NCBI RefSeq assembly: GCF_032191835.1
Contig: NC_083239.1
Coordinates: forward strand, 33,914,001-33,978,000
Reading direction: 5' to 3'
Origin: Heteronotia binoei
Lineage: Eukaryota
Length of the DNA stretch: 64,000 nt
Shown: positions 50,835-64,000 of the stretch, piece by piece
Position numbering within the stretch: position 1 is the stretch's first letter
How the letters are laid out: the number at the start of each line of letters is the position of its first letter
Made by a program: the position numbers and the translations under genes
Notes under the pieces: model-generated
Database searches by the model: none
The model's input: only the letters and a program-made list of their open reading frames with translations
What the model was told of the DNA's origin: nothing

Positions 50835-53800
50835 TTATTATTTATAATAATAATAATAATAATATTTTATTTTTTTATTATTATTTTTTATTTTTTTATT
50901 TTTATTTTTATATCCCGCCCTCCCCGCCAAGCGGGCTCAGGGCGGCTAACAGACATGGGAGTCCCATGATTCATATAAAACAACATAAACAGTTTTAAGT
51001 ATATCAATTACAAATAAATTATTTAAAATAGATAAAATATATAAAATAGGTGCTAAAATACTGTAATAATGTACACAAGATGGCTAGATGTCCGCTCGTT
51101 GAATTAATCAGGTTCTATCTCGAAAGCCAGCTGGAAAAGAAATGTTTTGCAAGCCCTGCGGAATTGGTTCAAGTCCCGCAGGGCTCGCACCATCTCTGGA
51201 AGGTCGTTCCACCAACGAGGGGCTATCACCGAGAAGGCCTGCTCCCTAGTAGCCTTCAACCTAACTTCTCTTGGCCCAGGGATTGTTAGTAAGTTCTGAA
51301 AACTAGATCTCAGCGCTCTCTGGGGCACATATGGGGAGAGGCGGTCCTTTAGGTAGGCAGGTCCTCGGCCATATAGGGCTTTAAAGGTGATAACCAGCAC
51401 CTTATAGCGAACACGGTATACAACCGGCAGCCAATGCAGACTCCGCAGCCCAGGCCGTGCAGGTTCCCACCGTGGTAGTCCCTCCAGCAGCCTGGCCGCC
51501 GCATTCTGGACTACCTGAAGTCTCCGTGTTCGGTACAAGGGCAGCCCCATGTAGAGGGCATTGCAGTAGTCTAATCTCGAAGTGACCGTTGCGTGGATCA
51601 CAGTTGCTAGGTCGGTGCGCTCCAAGAAGGGAGCCAACTGCCTCGCCCTCTTAAGATGAAAGAAGGCGGATCTAGCAGTGGCGGCCACCTGGGCCTCCAT
51701 TGATAAGGAGGATTCCAGTAGCACTCCCAGGCTCTTGACTTTGCGCACTGGTACCAGTGGCGCACCGTCAAAGGCCGGTAAAGTAATCTCCCCTCCCGGT
51801 CCGCCGTGGCCCACGCAAAGGACCTCAGTCTTCGCCGGATTCAACTTCAGCCCGCTCAGCCTGAGCCAGTCAGCCACGGCTTGTAATGCCCGGTCCAAAT
51901 TTGTAGGGACATCACCAGCCCGGCCGTCCATCAATAGATAGAGCTGGGTGTCATCTGCGTATTGATGACAACCCAGCCCGTACCTCCGCGCAATCTGGGC
52001 AAGGGGGCGCATGAAGATGTTAAACAGCATCGGGGAGAGAACTGCTCCCTGGGGCACTCCACAATGAAGTGGGTACCTCTGAGACCGCTCCCCCCCAATT
52101 GCCACCCTTTGTCCCCGACCATCAAGAAAGGAGGAGAGCCACTGTAAGGCTAGCCCCCGAATTCCTGCGTCGGCGAGGCGGGTCAGCAGCCGGTGGTCGA
52201 CCATATCGAACGCAGCCGATAGGTCTAGCAACAGCAATACCGCCGAGCCGCCTCGATCCAGTTGTCGTCGGAGGTCATCCATGAGGGCGACCAAGACTGT
52301 TTCTGTCCCATGGCCCGGGCGAAAGCCGGACTGGCATGGGTCTAGGACGGAAGCGTCCTCCAGAAATTCCTGTAACTGCACCGCCACGGCCCTCTCGATA
52401 ATTTTGCCCAAAAAGGGCAAATTTGAGACCGGCCGGTAGTGTGCCAATTCGGCCGGGTCTGATGACGGTTTTTTCAAGAGAGGGCGGACCAATGCCTCTT
52501 TCAGGGGTGTTGGGAAAACACCTTCTGAAAGGGATCGATTTATAATATCCCGTATAGGATATCTTAATTCCTCCTGGCAGGCCTTAATTAGCCAGGAGGG
52601 GCATGGGTCCAGGTCACCGACTTCCTCCAAGCTGAGCGGGTCGAAGCAATCCAGAATTAAATCAGAAGACACGCATTGGGCTTCGAGTCCACTTACTGCC
52701 TCCAAATTGGCGGGGCAGTCCTGGCGGAGCGATTGGACCTTATCCGCAAAGAATTTCGCAAAAGCCTCACAGCCAATCTCCAATTCCTTAGCTTTTGAAT
52801 TGCCTTGAGGCAATGTAGTCAGATTCCGAATTATTCTAAATAATTGGGCTGGGCGCGAATTTGCAGATGCAATCTTAGCCGCAAAGTATGTTTTCTTTGC
52901 GGCCTTGATTGCCATCTCATAGGACTTCATAAACTTCCTGTAAGATGTTCTAGTCGCCTCGTCACGCCTCGTATGCCGCCATTGCCTCTCTAGCCGTCTA
53001 AGGCCTTGTTTCAGCTGGCGTAATTCCGGGGTATACCACGGAGCCAGCTTAGTCCGAGGTCGCAGAGGGCGCCGAGGTGCGATCTCCTCGATGGCCCTAG
53101 AGAGCCGGCTATTCCAGGTCTCAATCAGGCCATCGAGGGAGTCGCCAGAGGGCCAGGGGTCCCGCAGAGCCATCTGGAACCGTTCCGGGTCCATTTGGCT
53201 CTGCGGGCGAGCCATAATCGGCTCCTCGCCTAAACAGGTTTGGGGGAGCATATTTACACGGGCCTTGAGGGCGAAGTGATCAGACCATGGCACTACCTCT
53301 GCGGTTATATCGCTCACTACAATCCCGGCCGCGAAGATCAGGTCTAACATGTGTCCGGCCTGGTGAGTGGGGGTTACAACAAATTGAGAGAGTCCCAGTG
53401 TCGCCATGGAAGACACTAGGTCCGTCGCCTGACTGGAGGACGGGTCATCAGCATGGACGTTGAAGTCACCCAGGATTATCAGCCTTGGGTGCTCCAGCGC
53501 CCAGCCTGTCGCCGCCTCGAGCAGGGACGGTAAGGCGTTGGCCGGTGCGTTAGGCGTACGGTACACCAGCCAAATCGCCAACCCCTCTTCACCCCCCCAC
53601 GCCAGACCGGCACATTCAATGCCCTCAATCTTTGGGGCCGGGAGCGCCCTGAAGGAGTAAGCCTCCCGTGCAAATAATGCCACTCCTCCCCCCCGCCCGC
53701 TAGTCCGCGATTGGTGGAAGACCGAGTAACCTGGGGGAGCTGTTTGCGTGAGGGCTACTGTATCACCCTCCCGGATCCAGGTCTCAGTCACGCAAGCCAG

Positions 53801-54080
53801 GTCCATATTCTGCTCAAGCATAAACTCTCGGAGAATTGAGGTCTTATTATTAATGGACCTGGCGTTGCATAGCACCAATGACGGAGACGGGTTACACCTG
53901 GCCCTACTGCCTGTCACCCTTGGGATGGGCCGCAGATTGGAGGGGGGCCGAGCACCGACTTGTCTCTGTCCTCCTCCCTTATAATATCTGCTCCCACCGC
54001 CATACCTCCCCCTCCCCAGGAGCACTGGAATCCCTGAGCCGGCCATTCCTCGCTGGCAGCAGCTGCGATAAAGACCACTA
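50835..54080 (-). mobile_element. L2-clade LINE, young copy without a recognisable ORF1
   Basis: Open ORF2, 3' UTR, terminal tgttagccgccctgagcccg..gggcgggatataaa and an (AATAA)n/(ATT)n tail; many intact CpGs. Confidence 0.93.
51104..54046 (-). CDS. L2 ORF2: APE endonuclease + reverse transcriptase, 980 aa
   Basis: APE motifs CNARS, VTETW, GDFN, PTH..GH.LD, SDH; RT motifs YRPVS, QSGFR, DLSAAFD, GVPQG, YADD; C-terminal RLDYCN. Confidence 0.93.
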   Translation of the reverse strand: MAGSGIPVLLGRGRYGGGSRYYKGGGQRQVGARPPSNLRPIPRVTGSRARCNPSPSLVLCNARSINNKTSILREFMLEQNMDLACVTETWIREGDTVALTQTAPPGYSVFHQSRTSGRGGGVALFAREAYSFRALPAPKIEGIECAGLAWGGEEGLAIWLVYRTPNAPANALPSLLEAATGWALEHPRLIILGDFNVHADDPSSSQATDLVSSMATLGLSQFVVTPTHQAGHMLDLIFAAGIVVSDITAEVVPWSDHFALKARVNMLPQTCLGEEPIMARPQSQMDPERFQMALRDPWPSGDSLDGLIETWNSRLSRAIEEIAPRRPLRPRTKLAPWYTPELRQLKQGLRRLERQWRHTRRDEATRTSYRKFMKSYEMAIKAAKKTYFAAKIASANSRPAQLFRIIRNLTTLPQGNSKAKELEIGCEAFAKFFADKVQSLRQDCPANLEAVSGLEAQCVSSDLILDCFDPLSLEEVGDLDPCPSWLIKACQEELRYPIRDIINRSLSEGVFPTPLKEALVRPLLKKPSSDPAELAHYRPVSNLPFLGKIIERAVAVQLQEFLEDASVLDPCQSGFRPGHGTETVLVALMDDLRRQLDRGGSAVLLLLDLSAAFDMVDHRLLTRLADAGIRGLALQWLSSFLDGRGQRVAIGGERSQRYPLHCGVPQGAVLSPMLFNIFMRPLAQIARRYGLGCHQYADDTQLYLLMDGRAGDVPTNLDRALQAVADWLRLSGLKLNPAKTEVLCVGHGGPGGEITLPAFDGAPLVPVRKVKSLGVLLESSLSMEAQVAATARSAFFHLKRARQLAPFLERTDLATVIHATVTSRLDYCNALYMGLPLYRTRRLQVVQNAAARLLEGLPRWEPARPGLRSLHWLPVVYRVRYKVLVITFKALYGRGPAYLKDRLSPYVPQRALRSSFQNLLTIPGPREVRLKATREQAFSVIAPRWWNDLPEMVRALRDLNQFRRACKTFLFQLAFEIEPD

Positions 54081-54678
54081 TCAGGCTGGTATCTGATTAT
54101 TGTGAGTCTCTTCTCATAATGTGCCCAAAGTGCGATAGACAGCTAGATAGCCTCAGTTTTGTCATTTTTAGCTTCTAGGGAGGTTCCTAGAGTAGACCAT
54201 TTTAGCTCCTTACATTTTTTGTTTATCCTTTTAGAAATGCAATCCAACTTGTGTTCACAAGAAGCAAGCTGCCTTTCAGGTAACACAAAGCCCCTTTTCT
54301 AGAAGTAGCAAAATGGTGCTCCCCCAGGACCAGCAATCGAGAGTAACACCCTTGTGTCTTATCCAGGAATAAGGACATTGCTTTATTTTTTTTCTCAGTT
54401 GTCTGATTTCAGAGCCAGACATTCACATCAGAGTTGCGATTCTAGCATAATGATTCAAGATTTCTAACACTTGGTGAGGGGGATCTATCCAAGGATGGTT
54501 GGGGTAGACGGGACAACGGAACACATGTATCCAGGGGTCAGCCCCATTCAATTTAATGAGACTTCCTTCTAAATAAAAGTGCTGACAGTCTGTTTACAAG
54601 ATGGGTCACTGGAAAAAATGGAAATAGTTTCTGGGAGGCGCTTCCTCACTCCAAGAGGCCTCTGCCAGAATTACATGC

Positions 54679-61901
<7,223 letters not shown>

Positions 61902-64000
61902 AGCGGAAGCTTTGCCTGGTGGTGTGTCCCTGCACCGTAGAGGGTGAACTGGACCAAGCGATTAGGAAAACAAGATAAAAACAGGCCCAGCGCTGTTTGG
62001 CTTGCATACAAAGGTCAGCGCACAGGTGTCTGGAAGGCTCCACGTTCTCACCATCCCCCAGCTGGCAAAGAGAGATTGGGTTTGGTCAGTTGTTTGACAG
62101 AAGGAGATCCATCGAAGAAGAAGATGATGATATTGGATTTGTATCCCACCTTGTACTCTGAATCTCAGAGCGGTCACAATCTCCTTTACCTTCCACCCCC
62201 CAACAGACATCCTGTAAGGCAGGTGGGGCTGAGAGAGCTCTTGCAGCAGCTGCCCTTTCAAGGACAATTCCTAGAGAGCTATGGCTGACCAAGGCCATTC
62301 CAGCAGGTGCAAGTAGAGGAGTGGGGAATCCAGCCCGGTTCTCCCAGATTTGATTGCCTGGTCCAACTCAAGAAATATCTGGGGACTTTAGGGGTGGAGC
62401 CAGGAGACTTTGGAGGTAGAGCCAGGAGCAAAGGTGTGACAAGCATGATTGAACTCTAAAGGGAGTTCTGGCCATCACATTTAAAGTGACCGCACACCTT
62501 TTAAATGCCATCCCTCCATTGGAAATCATGGAGGATAAGGGCATTTTCTTTTGGGGCTCACAGAATTGGATCCCCTTGTCCAATATTTTTGAAACTTGGA
62601 TGGTGTTTTCAGGAGAGGTGCTAGATGCTATGCTGAAAATTTGGTGATTGTACATCAAAAACAGCCCCCTCACATTATACCATACCCTATGGGGACCAAT
62701 GCCATAGGGTATAATGAAGTGCCCAGCAGATATTTCCCTCCCCACCCCTGCTTTCTGATAACTCTAAAGTGGGGGGGGGGAGGGCTTCCCAATCAGGGGA
62801 TGCATGGTAATTCCAGGGGATCCCCAGTTTCCAGCTGGCATCCCTGGGCACGGGACACAATGTGTCCAAGAACCTGCTTCCTCTGTTCTGCCCACTACCA
62901 GGCCTATGTTTCCCTTTCTGCCCACCAGCTTTCATGCCACCTGGCCTGTTCCCCCCACTTAAAATTGCCAACCTCCAGATGTAATACAAGCATGGTGTGC
63001 AAAGTCCAACAAAACAAAGAAAACACTACGTATATAACAGACAGATCTAGAAATTATATAATAAAAGCCAGTATATTTGCAATTAAGATGTGTAAGCGTG
63101 GTTGATGTTCAAAGAATATACAGTGAAAATAACAAAGCTCAGTAGAGGCTACAACATTTAAAAAAAGCATACACACTCAGAATTATAAACTACAATGTAC
63201 AGAGTTCAATAACATTGACTTATTAATATGGAAACTGGTGCCCGGTGTTCTTGCTGTTTCAGTGATAGTCTTCTTCAAATCTCCTAGTAAGTTAGTGCAT
63301 CATCTATAATATGTGCATAACATACTACACATTACAGTGCTACAGAGTTACAATAAAATATTTTTGCACAAATTCAATGAATGTATGACTCACCAGTGCC
63401 TTTATCAGCAGAGACTACAAGCAGCCAAAGCAATCTAAAGGATGCATGCTCCGTTTTTGAAGGTCAAGAGATCTATAGAAAACAAAATTACCAAAGAAAT
63501 TCATGTACCAAAGAAATTCATGTTTCCAAATACAAACTTATGCAAGTTCCTAAAACAAAGTAGAAAGTTGAGGACTTACAATTTGTAGTACTGTACAGAT
63601 TTAAACCACACCCTTTAAATTGTGGAAATGTGTTTTATTGAGGCAGGAGGCACAATTAATTTTCAAATTGATAACATATTCACTTTATGTTCTGAATCAA
63701 TCATAGGATTTGTCCCCATTCTTGTAGGTTTTTTCTTATTTATTTATTTTAAACAACATAGTACTTGGGACTTCTGAGGAACAATTAAAAACCTGTCCCC
63801 CTTTTAAATTTGTCAACTCTGATCCACCGGTGTCTTTAATGAATGAGACCTGGAATCTGTTTAATCTCATACAGGGTGGTTGCTTTTTTAGCAGGAACTA
63901 AAGAACACAGTTCTGATTGGCTACCTGTCAGGGGGTGGCCTAATATGCAAATGAGTTCCTGCTGGGCCTTTTCTACAAAAAAAGTCCTAATATCTTGTAT

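Overview
Vertebrate genomic DNA. The repeat families (Sauria-type SINE, tRNA-head/L2-tail SINE, CR1, L2, Penelope-like ends, hAT MITEs) point to a squamate, probably a gecko (inference). Five protein-coding genes were reconstructed by hand from splice sites and reading phase. (1) A 5'-truncated CD33/MAG-like Siglec on + (V-set, C2, linker and Ig exons, 1-4347), with no recognisable transmembrane or ITIM exon and a candidate hydrophobic terminal exon at 6190-6263. (2) A complete 11-exon PSMC4 on - (7878-21209, 418 aa). (3) A Myb/SANT + SCAN + degenerate KRAB-A gene on + with no C2H2 array (31858 to about 40191). (4) A single-coding-exon SCAN-only gene on + (45137-45985). (5) A 5-exon kallikrein/trypsin-like protease on - (54679-61901, 258 aa) with an intact triad and 17 cysteines. 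Also present: an L2 LINE with an open 980-codon ORF2, several fold-back Penelope-like remnants with hammerhead-ribozyme cores, a triply nested insertion at 24.4-26.6 kb, and a tandem array carrying octamer motifs. The best leads are the TM-less (secreted or possibly GPI-type) Siglec, the adjacent pair of zinc-finger-less SCAN genes, the cysteine-rich protease and the hammerhead motifs. Repeat boundaries are approximate unless a TSD is quoted. No databases were searched.
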